Notes under the pieces: model-generated
The model's database searches: none
What the model saw: the letters and a program-made list of their open reading frames with translations, nothing else
Told to the model about the DNA's origin: nothing
Made by a program: the position numbers and the translations under genes
Source of the DNA: Parcubacteria group bacterium
Lineage (GTDB): Bacteria > Patescibacteriota > Patescibacteriia > UBA9934 > GWF2-40-263
NCBI GenBank assembly: GCA_013204395.1
Contig: JABMNZ010000003.1
Coordinates: 13,570 to 77,569 of the forward strand
Direction of reading: 5' to 3'
Length of the DNA: 64,000 nucleotides
Shown here: piece after piece, positions 56,152-64,000 of the stretch
How the letters are laid out: every line of letters begins with the position of its first letter
Position numbering within the stretch: the stretch's first letter is position 1

Positions 56152-57174
56152 CTACTTAATAAACATCGCATCTCCAAAGGAGAAAAAGCGATACTTCTGC
56201 TCGACAGCCTGACGATACGCACTCAAGACATACTCTCGTCCAGCAAAGCTACTCACTAAAACAAGAAGTGTTGATTTTGGTAGATGAAAGTTTGTGATAA
56301 GTGCATCGATAATCTTGAAATCGAAACCTGGAGTGATAAATAAGTTCACATCGCCAGAGAACCCAGCTTCTGGAATCGATCCCCCATGTGCCGCTGCAAC
56401 ACCCTCGAGGGTACGCACTGTTGTTGTCCCAACAGCAATCACTCTATGTCCGTCTTTTTTCGCAACATTAATCCGCTGAGCAACCCCAGGTGCAATCGTC
56501 ACGTACTCGGCGTGCATCTTGTGTTCTTCTAATGTGTCAGTCTTTACAGGCCTGAACGTTCCTATTCCCACATGAAGGGTCACGTACTCTATCTCCACCC
56601 CATTAGCACGAATCTTTTTAAGCAACTCTTCAGTAAAATGGAAACCTGCTGTGGGCGCAGCAACGGAACCTGTCTCTTGGGCATAGACCGTCTGATACTG
56701 ATCGAGACTTTCCGGCACCTGATCAACATACGGTGGAATAGGAATCTCTCCGTGCTGGTTAGCAAAGTCAATAATTTCTTGATCAGACTTATCGAATCTT
56801 ACAGAAGCAACATCTGACTTACCTACCACCACCCCCTTAAGGACCTCAATCTCAATCGTGTCGCCAACATTCACATGACGCCCGGGTCGAATCAACACAT
56901 CCCAGAGACCGTCGCGTGGCCGCAAAAGAAACACTTCTATCTCCTTACTCCTAACAAGTCCTCGCAGGCGAGCTCTAAAGACTTTTGTGTTGTTCATCAC
57001 AAGCAGGTCTCCTTCTTTAATCTCATCGATTATCTGATCGAAACGTTTTTCCCCCAAAGATCCAGTCTCTCTGTCTAAAATCATTAGACGTGAATGGTCA
57101 CGTGGATGGGCCGAATACTGAGCTATTAGCTCCTGTGGCAGATTGTAGTCGAATAAATCAATTGAGTTGCTCAT
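56152..57174 (-). CDS. queA: S-adenosylmethionine:tRNA ribosyltransferase-isomerase
   Basis: FDYNLPQELIAQYSAHPRDHSRLMIL...VMNNTKVFRARL...TTTVRTLE. The start was trimmed to MSNSID. Confidence 0.9.
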   Translation of the reverse strand: MSNSIDLFDYNLPQELIAQYSAHPRDHSRLMILDRETGSLGEKRFDQIIDEIKEGDLLVMNNTKVFRARLRGLVRSKEIEVFLLRPRDGLWDVLIRPGRHVNVGDTIEIEVLKGVVVGKSDVASVRFDKSDQEIIDFANQHGEIPIPPYVDQVPESLDQYQTVYAQETGSVAAPTAGFHFTEELLKKIRANGVEIEYVTLHVGIGTFRPVKTDTLEEHKMHAEYVTIAPGVAQRINVAKKDGHRVIAVGTTTVRTLEGVAAAHGGSIPEAGFSGDVNLFITPGFDFKIIDALITNFHLPKSTLLVLVSSFAGREYVLSAYRQAVEQKYRFFSFGDAMFIK

Positions 57175-57294
57175 ATCTTTCCCATTCTGCCTGAGGCTTA
57201 AGTAATTGACAAAACACGGCCTCATTGCTATTCTCCCCGCGAATTAATTGTACGTATCGGAAGTCCCTTTAGGCGACCAGAGCGTGCTAAATCT

Positions 57295-57588
57295 ATGAAA
57301 AAAGCCATTCACCCAGACTATTACACAACATCCAAAATATCTTGCGCCTGCGGCAATAAGCTTGAAATCGGATCAACTCTAGAAGCGATCTCCATTGAGC
57401 TATGCTCTAAGTGTCATCCTTTCTATACAGGAAAGCAGAAGATCATCGATACCGCACGTCGTGTTGAGAAATTCGAAGCCCGAACTTCTAAGAAGGCTTC
57501 TGAAATCACAGGGAAGAAAGCCAAGAGTGCAAAACGTTCTGCACAAAAAGTTGCAAAACGCGAAGAGGCAGAGAAAGCCGACGCATAA
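57295..57588 (+). CDS. rpmE: 50S ribosomal protein L31 with a Lys-rich C-terminal extension
   Basis: [10 protein letters not shown]...CACGNK...[20 protein letters not shown]17-TATTCT promoter candidate lies at 57204-57232. Confidence 0.85.
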   Translation: MKKAIHPDYYTTSKISCACGNKLEIGSTLEAISIELCSKCHPFYTGKQKIIDTARRVEKFEARTSKKASEITGKKAKSAKRSAQKVAKREEAEKADA

Positions 57589-57626
57589 CTGGTATAATGA
57601 AAAGCGTTCTCACGAACGCTTTTTTG
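57589..57626 (+). terminator. rpmE terminator overlapping an extended -10 (TGgTATAAT) for prfA
   Basis: aaagcgttc-tcac-gaacgc followed by tttttt. tggtataat lies at 57589-57597. Confidence 0.6.
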
Positions 57627-57627
57627 T

Positions 57628-58701
57628 ATGAACCTACTTGAACAACTACAGGCCCATAAGGACCGCCTACAAGATCTTGAATCCAAACTGAATTCTTCAG
57701 ACGTTCTTTCTGATCCAAGAAAAATTCGAGAAGTGAACGAGCAGTACGCAGCCGAGCGAGACATCATAGAGGTGGGCAGTCGATATGAGAGTGTCGTAAA
57801 AAATCTAGACAGTGCCCGCACTACACTGAGTGAAACCTCTGAAGAGGAAATGAAAGAGCTCGCTCAAGGTGAAATAGATGAACTGGAAGTATCCCTGCCA
57901 ATTTTAGAACAAGAATTTACGGTCGCATTGATTCCACTGGATCCAATGGACAATAAAAGTATTATCGTTGAAATCCGTGCTGGTGCAGGTGGAGACGAGT
58001 CTTCCCTTTTTGCAGCAGAACTCATGCGCAGTTACAGTATTTACGCTGAAGTGCAGGGATGGAAAACAGAATTGATTTCAGCAAGTCGCACCGACGTTGG
58101 TGGATTCAAAGAAGTTATCTTCACAATAAAAGGAACCGGTGCGTACAGCGCACTTAAATACGAAAGTGGAGTCCATCGCGTGCAACGCGTTCCTGAAACT
58201 GAGAAACAAGGACGTGTCCACACTTCCACAGTTACTGTTGCCATCATGCCAGAGGTGGAAGAAGTTGACGTTCAGATAGATCCAAAAGATTTGATCATTG
58301 AAGCAACCACATCCACAGGTGCGGGTGGACAAAGTGTAAACACCACCTACAGCGCGGTGCGTATCACCCACACGCCAAGTGGCATCATGGTCTACTGCCA
58401 GGAAGAACGCTCACAGAAGCAAAATAAAGAGCGTGCCTTAGGTATTATTCGAGCGCGCGTGTACGCCATGGAGCAAGAAAAAGCACGTAAAGAAAGGGAA
58501 GATGAGCGCCGTGGCCAGATTGGTACCGGAGACAGATCTGAAAAGATACGGACCTATAACTTCCCTCAAGACCGAGTCACTGATCACAGAATCAACCAAA
58601 ACTTCCACAACCTCCCGGGGGTTATGAGTGGTAGTCTTGATGAAATAATTACCGCACTAAAGTCCGAGGAAATAGAACAAAGACTTAAGGAGCTTGGCTA
58701 A
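57628..58701 (+). CDS. prfA: Peptide chain release factor 1
   Basis: PxT-region and the GGQ motif (GAGGQSVNTTYSAVRITHTPSG). Confidence 0.95.
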   Translation: MNLLEQLQAHKDRLQDLESKLNSSDVLSDPRKIREVNEQYAAERDIIEVGSRYESVVKNLDSARTTLSETSEEEMKELAQGEIDELEVSLPILEQEFTVALIPLDPMDNKSIIVEIRAGAGGDESSLFAAELMRSYSIYAEVQGWKTELISASRTDVGGFKEVIFTIKGTGAYSALKYESGVHRVQRVPETEKQGRVHTSTVTVAIMPEVEEVDVQIDPKDLIIEATTSTGAGGQSVNTTYSAVRITHTPSGIMVYCQEERSQKQNKERALGIIRARVYAMEQEKARKEREDERRGQIGTGDRSEKIRTYNFPQDRVTDHRINQNFHNLPGVMSGSLDEIITALKSEEIEQRLKELG

Positions 58702-59374
58702 TATGCAGGCAGTCATACTCGCTGCGGGCAAAGGCGCACGCCTGCGTCCCGTTACATACACCACCCCCAAACCTCTCATTGATCTGTGTGGAAAGCCACT
58801 CATCGAGCATGTGCTCAGCGCACTGCCAAAAAGGATCGATGAGATTTTTGTTGTCGTAAACCACTTGCGAGATCAGATCATCGAGCGCTTGGGAGAAAAC
58901 TGGAACGGGGTGCCGATCAAGTACGTCGATCAAGAACCTCTCTCTGGTACAGCGGGTGCCGTGCATCTTCTCAAGAATCATCTGAGGGGGTCTTTCCTCG
59001 TCGTTAACTCTGACGACATTTACCAAGCTGAGGACCTTGCTCGTTTGGTAGAACACCCTATGGCCATGCTCTTCCAAAAGTCCGACTCTGAAAAAAAGTC
59101 CGGTGCGCTTGTTAGTAATGGTCGGTTCACAGGTCTTGGTTTAGGAAACAACGCTGTGTGCGGCGCGTACGTGCTGGACCAGAGCTTTTTTTCAATCGAG
59201 CCCGTTGAAATTCACGTGAGTGAGTTCATTGAACTTGGCTTACCACAAACACTTGCCGTGCTCGCCACAAGCGAAACAATCGCCGCTGAGCCCGCAACAT
59301 CCTGGATCCCTGTGGGGAATCCAGAGCAACTTGCGCAAGCTATCCACCGGATTTCTGGACAAGTCTGTGGATAA
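58694..59374 (+). CDS. Sugar-phosphate nucleotidyltransferase (NTP_transferase family)
   Basis: MQAVILAAGKGARLRPVTYTTPKPLIDLCGKPLIEHVL is the G-x-G-x-R signature. It overlaps the prfA end by 8 bp. Confidence 0.8.
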   Translation: MANMQAVILAAGKGARLRPVTYTTPKPLIDLCGKPLIEHVLSALPKRIDEIFVVVNHLRDQIIERLGENWNGVPIKYVDQEPLSGTAGAVHLLKNHLRGSFLVVNSDDIYQAEDLARLVEHPMAMLFQKSDSEKKSGALVSNGRFTGLGLGNNAVCGAYVLDQSFFSIEPVEIHVSEFIELGLPQTLAVLATSETIAAEPATSWIPVGNPEQLAQAIHRISGQVCG

Positions 59375-59424
59375 CATTGGGTCAAAAAGATAAAACCTAG
59401 AAAAAATGGGCGTGCGGTGGCCCT

Positions 59425-59455
59425 TGACACATTTTTTCTAGAGAGTATCGTAGTC
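59425..59455 (+). promoter_or_regulatory. Candidate sigma70-type promoter for the large ncRNA
   Basis: TTGACA (59425-59430), a 16-17-nt spacer, then tatcgt/tagagt -10-like hexamers. Confidence 0.35.
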
Positions 59456-60608
59456 GTTACCGCTGACTGAACGGAACACCTGATTTAAGAGAACGGGCTT
59501 GCCCGGTCCCTGACGTCGAGTGTGACAATCAGACAGAACAGCAGTGAACAGTTGGATGAGGAACCTCGGTTCCATTGATCCTCTGGAAGGCGCCGAGACC
59601 TCGGTTAGACGCGCTCTCCTCAACCACTTCGGTGGATCTGTAAACTGTGCACCCGTAGCAAAAGGACGTTGAAGTGAAGCTTGCTTCACAAAAACTCTGT
59701 TAAAAAGACTGCAAAGACTTCGGTCCCAAACAGACACTGTAACCAGTACAACCGCAAGGTTGGTCCAGTAGCTGCAAACCGTCACGGATGAAAGTATCGG
59801 CTTGCCGAGACTGGATGAAGTGACAGATCGATAGATCGTTGAGGCATGCTACGGCGTGCCAGATGGCCATCACAACTTCCAGAACAACGAACTGGTTAAC
59901 AGTACGGAAGTGAAAAAGGTATAGATCTCGAGGCCTCGGCCAATTGATCCAGCTCTGCCAGAGCATGAAAAAAACCTTTGAGATGGAGAGCCAAGCAAGT
60001 GAGTCCTTCTGGGCAAGCAAGCTATGGTGCAACGATCTATTGATCAGACGAGGAAGAACTGGGTAATACCAGAACTGAATCGTCACCCTCCCCTGTAGAT
60101 CCAGGAATACTGGCTGAGTCCAAAAGTCGGCGAAAGTCGGACTGAAACTCTTCTACAGGAACCTGTGAACAACTCGATGATTTGAAGTGACTAATGGGGA
60201 AACCTGGATGTCTAACCACTCAGACCAGACCTTCGGGAATGGAATGAAAGGTCAACTGATCTGAAATGAGTGTTGTGCCTACCACAATTGGCAAAGCAGT
60301 TCATGGGAGCGACGGAGTTGGTGAGGTGTTTGAAAACGAGAAGAGGCATCCTTCGGGAAGTCAGACACTCGCTACGAGCGCCTTGCCACTCCGGCGTTGA
60401 GGAGGAATCCTTCGGGGTTCCAAAACACCGAGACTATCCGCAAGGAGAAACCTCACCCAACCGGAAGAGGTTGCCACGCAACCCGATCCACGTCGCCGCT
60501 TCACAGCAGCGACAACGCTTAGTCCAAATCCCAAGTGCGACCCCCCCCGCACTCAAGACAAGGACAACGCCGGACCATCAGCTCATAGAGCCTGGTCCGT
60601 TTTCTTTT
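59455..60608 (+). ncRNA. Candidate large (about 1.15 kb) highly structured non-coding RNA of unknown class
   Basis: No credible ORF on either strand, only short overlapping frames. Five C(UUCG)G tetraloop hairpins are present (59624-59636 ccacttcggtgg, 59715-59726 gacttcggtc, 60227-60236, 60348-60358, 60407-60417). Additional hairpins include ggaacc-tcg-gttcc, ggcc-tc-ggcc, ggcatgc-tacg-gcgtgcc and gtgaagc-ttg-cttcac. It is GC-enriched relative to its neighbours and ends in an intrinsic terminator (ggacca...tggtcc followed by gttttctttt, 60573-60608). Confidence 0.55.
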
Positions 60609-60645
60609 AGACAACTTTTACTTTTGTCTGCTACTGTTCGTTTCA

Positions 60646-61556
60646 TGACAATCATGGAGGCTCTACAATGGGCCAATAACAAGTTAAAAAAGGCTGGTGT
60701 AGATTCTCCAATGCTGGACGCTGAGATACTGCTGGCACATACCCTGGGCGAAAGTAAAGCCTGGTTGTTTTCACATTTTAGCGACAAGTTAAAAATTCAT
60801 CACCGCGAACAGTTCCATGAACTTATAGACAGAAGGACCGCTCGAGAACCAGTGGCATACATCACCGGAAAAAAAGCCTTCTACGGCCGAGACTTTCAAG
60901 TAAACGCGATGGTGCTAATTCCCCGCCCTGAAACCGAAACGATGGTTGAGGTTTCTTTAAAAATACTCGAAGGCCATGACCCTGAAAGAACACTTGTGTG
61001 CGATATAGGGACAGGGTCAGGAGCGTTAGCGGTGACACTGGCGGCAGAAACATCCCTGTCCGTTATTGCTATCGACGTGGACAAGCAGGCCCTAAGTGTC
61101 GCTAGCCAGAACGCTACTCAACTGGGCGTCTCAGACAATATCGATTTTCAACATGGTTCTCTCGCAGAACCTCTCATTCGTATTTTTAAAACAATCCGCG
61201 GGCAGACAAAGGTAAAAACCTCATCGGTCTACCCTTTTAAACATCTTCTCATCACAGCAAACCTCCCCTACCTTCCAGATAGCCGATTAGAGTCCACACA
61301 GCCAGAAGTACACGCCTACGAGCCTCATTTAGCCCTTGTGGCGGGTCGTGATGGCCTGGACGCGTACTTTGATCTATTTAGACAACTAAGAACCAACAGG
61401 ACCATCCTCCCCCGCCGCGTGACCGTACTCATTGAAATAGACCCCGAACAACGCCGTGGCGCCGAGAGTCTAATAGAACATGCCTTCCCAACTGCAAAGA
61501 TGAATGTACACAAGGACCTACAGGGCCTAGACCGAGTGATCGAGGTTGAGGTGTAA
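60646..61556 (+). CDS. prmC: Release factor glutamine methyltransferase PrmC (HemK)
   Basis: MTIMEALQWANNKLKKAGVDSPMLDAEILLAHTLG, VCDIGTGSGALAV (SAM motif I) and TANLPYLP (NPPY-like). The ORF-track extension back to 60270 is an artefact of reading through the ncRNA. Confidence 0.85.
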
Positions 61557-61557
61557 A

Positions 61558-61590
61558 CAAAAAACCGTCCACGTGGACGGTTTTTTTATT
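61558..61590. terminator. Bidirectional rho-independent terminator
   Basis: aaaaaa ccgtccacgtggacgg ttttttt. Confidence 0.75.
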
Positions 61591-61596
61591 TTGTTT

Positions 61597-62685
61597 CTAT
61601 TCTATCTCAATAGATTCTTCACTAGGCACCACTTCGATCCATGTCACACCAGCATTCATAACAACCTCTTCTTCTCCCACATAGAACCGCAGTCGCTCTG
61701 ATGCGCTTGGTTTGCGCCACTCAACTTCTATCACCAACCCATCTTGTAGAACATATCCATCCCCCACTCCAGTCGTGCGGATCTTACGCCTACCAACGCC
61801 ATCAATAACAGATACGTCTGTTATTACAACGGCAACGTTATCAGCCTCAATGCGGGCAGCTTCATCCGTCACATGTGGTGAATCGAACTGCCATCTTTCA
61901 TACCGTCCACTTTCTGAGTTGTACTCCCAATCAACGGAATAGACCGGTGGGTTAAAATCGATACGAATATTTGATGTGGAATCAGTTGGCTCTGGATCTT
62001 TAAAGTTCCACAGTCCGTACAAACGCTCTGGAGCTACACCACTTTCTTCACGTAATGCAGAAAAGGTTGAAAGGCTCTCGGTGTCGACATAGACGTTATG
62101 TGGGGCATAACGGTCCGTTGAACGCCAGAAATAACTCCCCCACCAATATTGATTGAAATCAAACGTGCTCCCAGAGGCAATCAAGTCTAGCGCGGCATTT
62201 GAACCACCCACATGGGTATACAGAGCGTCTAGCTCATTGTTCCAATCCAAGTAATACGGACGAGCTGATCGCACAGGACCAATCTTCTCAATCTCTTGAC
62301 CTTCGTAAAAGAATGCAAGCATCCTTGAAATACCAGCCTCAACAGGAGCCTCTACAACCAAGAACGCCTCATCGACCCCAGACGGTGGCCACGCATCCTC
62401 GTGGTTGTCGATCATTACACCGTAGACACCCAAAAATCCTTCAACTTCTTCGTACACACTCACACCTGTAAGAGGATGCCTATAAGTAGTTTCTAAAACA
62501 TCTCCCCCATCAGCATCAGATGTTTTCTCAATAGCTCTGTAAACAAAATCTGGAAGCACTAATGCAACAAGTACACCCAACACAATTACAACCAGAAGAC
62601 CGACTGACATTTGCCAGTCGGTCTTCTTAAAGCGTTTTATAAAACGCTTTGTCTTTTTAATTTCCTCCTTATTTGATTGTGACAT
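61597..62685 (-). CDS. Membrane-anchored extracytoplasmic hypothetical protein (DUF3048-like?)
   Basis: 362 aa with an N-terminal basic segment and TM helix (VGLLVVIVLGVLVALV). No catalytic motif recognised. Confidence 0.4.
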   Translation of the reverse strand: MSQSNKEEIKKTKRFIKRFKKTDWQMSVGLLVVIVLGVLVALVLPDFVYRAIEKTSDADGGDVLETTYRHPLTGVSVYEEVEGFLGVYGVMIDNHEDAWPPSGVDEAFLVVEAPVEAGISRMLAFFYEGQEIEKIGPVRSARPYYLDWNNELDALYTHVGGSNAALDLIASGSTFDFNQYWWGSYFWRSTDRYAPHNVYVDTESLSTFSALREESGVAPERLYGLWNFKDPEPTDSTSNIRIDFNPPVYSVDWEYNSESGRYERWQFDSPHVTDEAARIEADNVAVVITDVSVIDGVGRRKIRTTGVGDGYVLQDGLVIEVEWRKPSASERLRFYVGEEEVVMNAGVTWIEVVPSEESIEIE

Positions 62686-62687
62686 GA

Positions 62688-63374
62688 CTATTCAGCTTTC
62701 TTCTCCTCACCTTCAGCTGGAGCCTCACCTTCAGCGGCAGCCTCACCTTCAGCTGGAGCCTCACCTTCCGTAGGTGCTTCTCCTTCAGCTTCGTCCAATG
62801 CAGCCATTTCAGCTACGGTCCGCGGCTTACTTACACTAACGATAGTTAGATTTGTGTCGCCAACTATCTCCATCCCTTCTGGCAAGTCTAGATTTACTAA
62901 ACGGATTACGTCATCAAATGTGGCAAGCTGTGTCAGATCCACATTAATAGATCGCACCAACTTTGATGGAAGTGCTCGTACCAATACCGTCTCTCGTGAA
63001 TTCATAAGAGTTCCACCGAGGGTCTTCACAGCAGCAGCTTCACCGACAAACTCAAGGGTAACAACAGCCTCAATAGGCTTGTTCATATCTACAGATCTAA
63101 AATCTATATGAATCACCTCATCACGAAGCGGATCAAGATCGTAGTCGTGGATCAGAACATTAAGAGGTTTTGCATCTGCGACCGAAAGCTCAATAATTGA
63201 ACTCTCACCAGCCGCTCGATAGACCTTAATAAATTCCTGGCGATTAACAGATATGCTCTGTGGATCAGTTCCATCACCATAAACCACAGCTGGGACAAGA
63301 CCTTCAGCACGAATAACATTCGTTTTTCGGCCCTTTTGAGTACGTGTTTGTGCTTGTAGAGTAATTTCAGACAT
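62688..63374 (-). CDS. rplY: 50S ribosomal protein L25 / general stress protein Ctc, with a Glu/Ala-rich repetitive tail
   Basis: MSEITLQAQTRTQKGRKTNVIRAEGLVPAVVYG is the L25 N-terminus, and the beta-barrel continues. The C-terminal EGEAPTEGEAPAEGEAAAEGEAPAEGEE is encoded by 18-bp tandem repeats at 62704-62790. Confidence 0.85.
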   Translation of the reverse strand: MSEITLQAQTRTQKGRKTNVIRAEGLVPAVVYGDGTDPQSISVNRQEFIKVYRAAGESSIIELSVADAKPLNVLIHDYDLDPLRDEVIHIDFRSVDMNKPIEAVVTLEFVGEAAAVKTLGGTLMNSRETVLVRALPSKLVRSINVDLTQLATFDDVIRLVNLDLPEGMEIVGDTNLTIVSVSKPRTVAEMAALDEAEGEAPTEGEAPAEGEAAAEGEAPAEGEEKKAE

Positions 63375-63468
63375 AAGTTTTATTCAGTAGTAGCGGCGCC
63401 ATTGTGCGTAAAATCAACAAAAACGTCAAGTGTATAGAGAGTCCCCTTGGGTTTGTCTGAAATAAACC

Positions 63469-63498
63469 TAAAGACGTGCCCTAGCACGTCTTTTTATT
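63469..63498. terminator. Bidirectional terminator
   Basis: aaagacgtgc-cctag-cacgtcttttt. Confidence 0.7.
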
Positions 63499-63891
63499 CT
63501 TCTTAGTTTCCCTCAAACGTTTCCTCATTACTTTTGAAAGTTGTTCCCGATAAACCCTTCCAAGTTCTTCTTCCCATCCAGATGATTCAATCCACCGGTG
63601 AACCTCAATGACATCATCGAGTTCAATGGCCTTTTCTGAACGGAATCTTAAAACATCCTCATATGATAGGTCGGTCAAAAGCCCAACGGAACTCGCACCA
63701 ACTTGATTAACAAGTACCAGAGCCAGAATGGAGCTCATGCATTTACGACACTTGACGTGTAACAATTGTGTCTGCCCTTGCTCACCAAGCATGCGCGCCT
63801 CCATTGAATTGTAGCGCGTTTCACACACCGGACAAAAAGAGACTAGCTTGAGACCTTCATTCCACCGATTAGAACCTTTTGTTGATGACAT
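63481..63891 (-). CDS. Zinc-ribbon hypothetical protein
   Basis: CPVCETRY...CRKCMSSIL form a CxxC...CxxC ribbon. It is 136 aa with a basic C-terminus. Confidence 0.4.
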   Translation of the reverse strand: MSSTKGSNRWNEGLKLVSFCPVCETRYNSMEARMLGEQGQTQLLHVKCRKCMSSILALVLVNQVGASSVGLLTDLSYEDVLRFRSEKAIELDDVIEVHRWIESSGWEEELGRVYREQLSKVMRKRLRETKKNKKTC

Positions 63892-64000
63892 ACGGTTGCA
63901 ATAGATTCATAAGAACAAGTCTCCATGAGAAAGACGACGAATCATCTTCACTCTACTGATACTCTACCATAGCTCATTTGACGTGACTACCACGCGTTCG

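Noticed and set aside
60270-60645. N-terminal 125-aa extension of the prmC ORF in the ORF track
   Set aside because: This segment is Arg/Pro-rich low-complexity translation through the structured RNA region. Canonical PrmC begins at MTIMEALQWANNKL (60646) with an RBS just after the ncRNA terminator.
59400-60645. Assignment of the structured region as a group II intron (there is a GUGCG-like sequence at 59410), RNase P RNA or tmRNA
   Set aside because: No domain V (GAGC...GUAYG...GAAA...CAUAC...GUUC) hairpin, no P4 GGAAAGUCCGG/ACAGAA motifs, and no tRNA-like CCA-adjacent T-arm were found. The class is left open.
59438-60787. Small minus-strand ORFs (59438..59785, 59700..60086, 60037..60219, 60361..60552, 60578..60787) inside the candidate ncRNA
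   Set aside because: They are mutually overlapping, have no RBS and odd composition, and tile a region full of UUCG hairpins. They are interpreted as chance frames in GC-rich structured RNA.
63890-64000. Possible tRNA or structured element at the right edge (ggtagag-like D-arm fragment on the minus strand)
   Set aside because: No complete cloverleaf (acceptor, anticodon or T-arm GTTCRANYC) could be reconstructed within the window. It cannot be supported.
1-64000. CRISPR arrays, rRNA genes
   Set aside because: No regularly spaced direct repeats with unique spacers and no rRNA-like conserved blocks were observed anywhere in the window.

Overview
This is a 64-kb chromosomal segment from a low-GC bacterium. 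Its gene content (short TsaB, DUF4012-like protein, many small hypotheticals, a compact housekeeping set) is consistent with a Patescibacteria/CPR-like or other small-genome lineage, but that is inference only. Most genes are on the minus strand. They include cell-envelope and glycosyltransferase genes (GT4, mreB, three GT2, mltG, PAP2), ribosomal and translation genes (rplJ, rplL, rpsB, tsf, rpmE, prfA, prmC, L25), a glycolytic block (gpmI, eno, pgk, gap), xseAB, pyrH, queA, tsaB, metK, and an SOS-like cluster (lexA, GNAT, dinB, methyltransferase, malic enzyme, uvrD). Several features are not explained by ordinary annotation. (1) A roughly 1.15-kb ORF-free segment between a sugar nucleotidyltransferase gene and prmC has its own promoter-like and terminator signals and is unusually rich in C(UUCG)G hairpins, so it is a candidate large structured ncRNA of unknown class. 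(2) Five copies of a roughly 80-bp imperfect palindromic element lie between 22.2 and 38.0 kb, and one copy sits in frame inside the dinB 3' region. (3) Several visibly GC-richer, mostly plus-strand hypothetical ORF cassettes, each with a TTGACA-type promoter and a strong terminator, are scattered among the AT-rich minus-strand housekeeping genes, and one is flanked by a perfect 38-bp duplication of a stop codon plus terminator. (4) A 28-bp perfect palindrome is inserted in frame in metK, and related 14-nt motifs occur in a lysine-rich protein gene. (5) A phased GTTC/GAAC array upstream of lexA looks like an SOS operator. No rRNA, tRNA or CRISPR array could be supported from the sequence.
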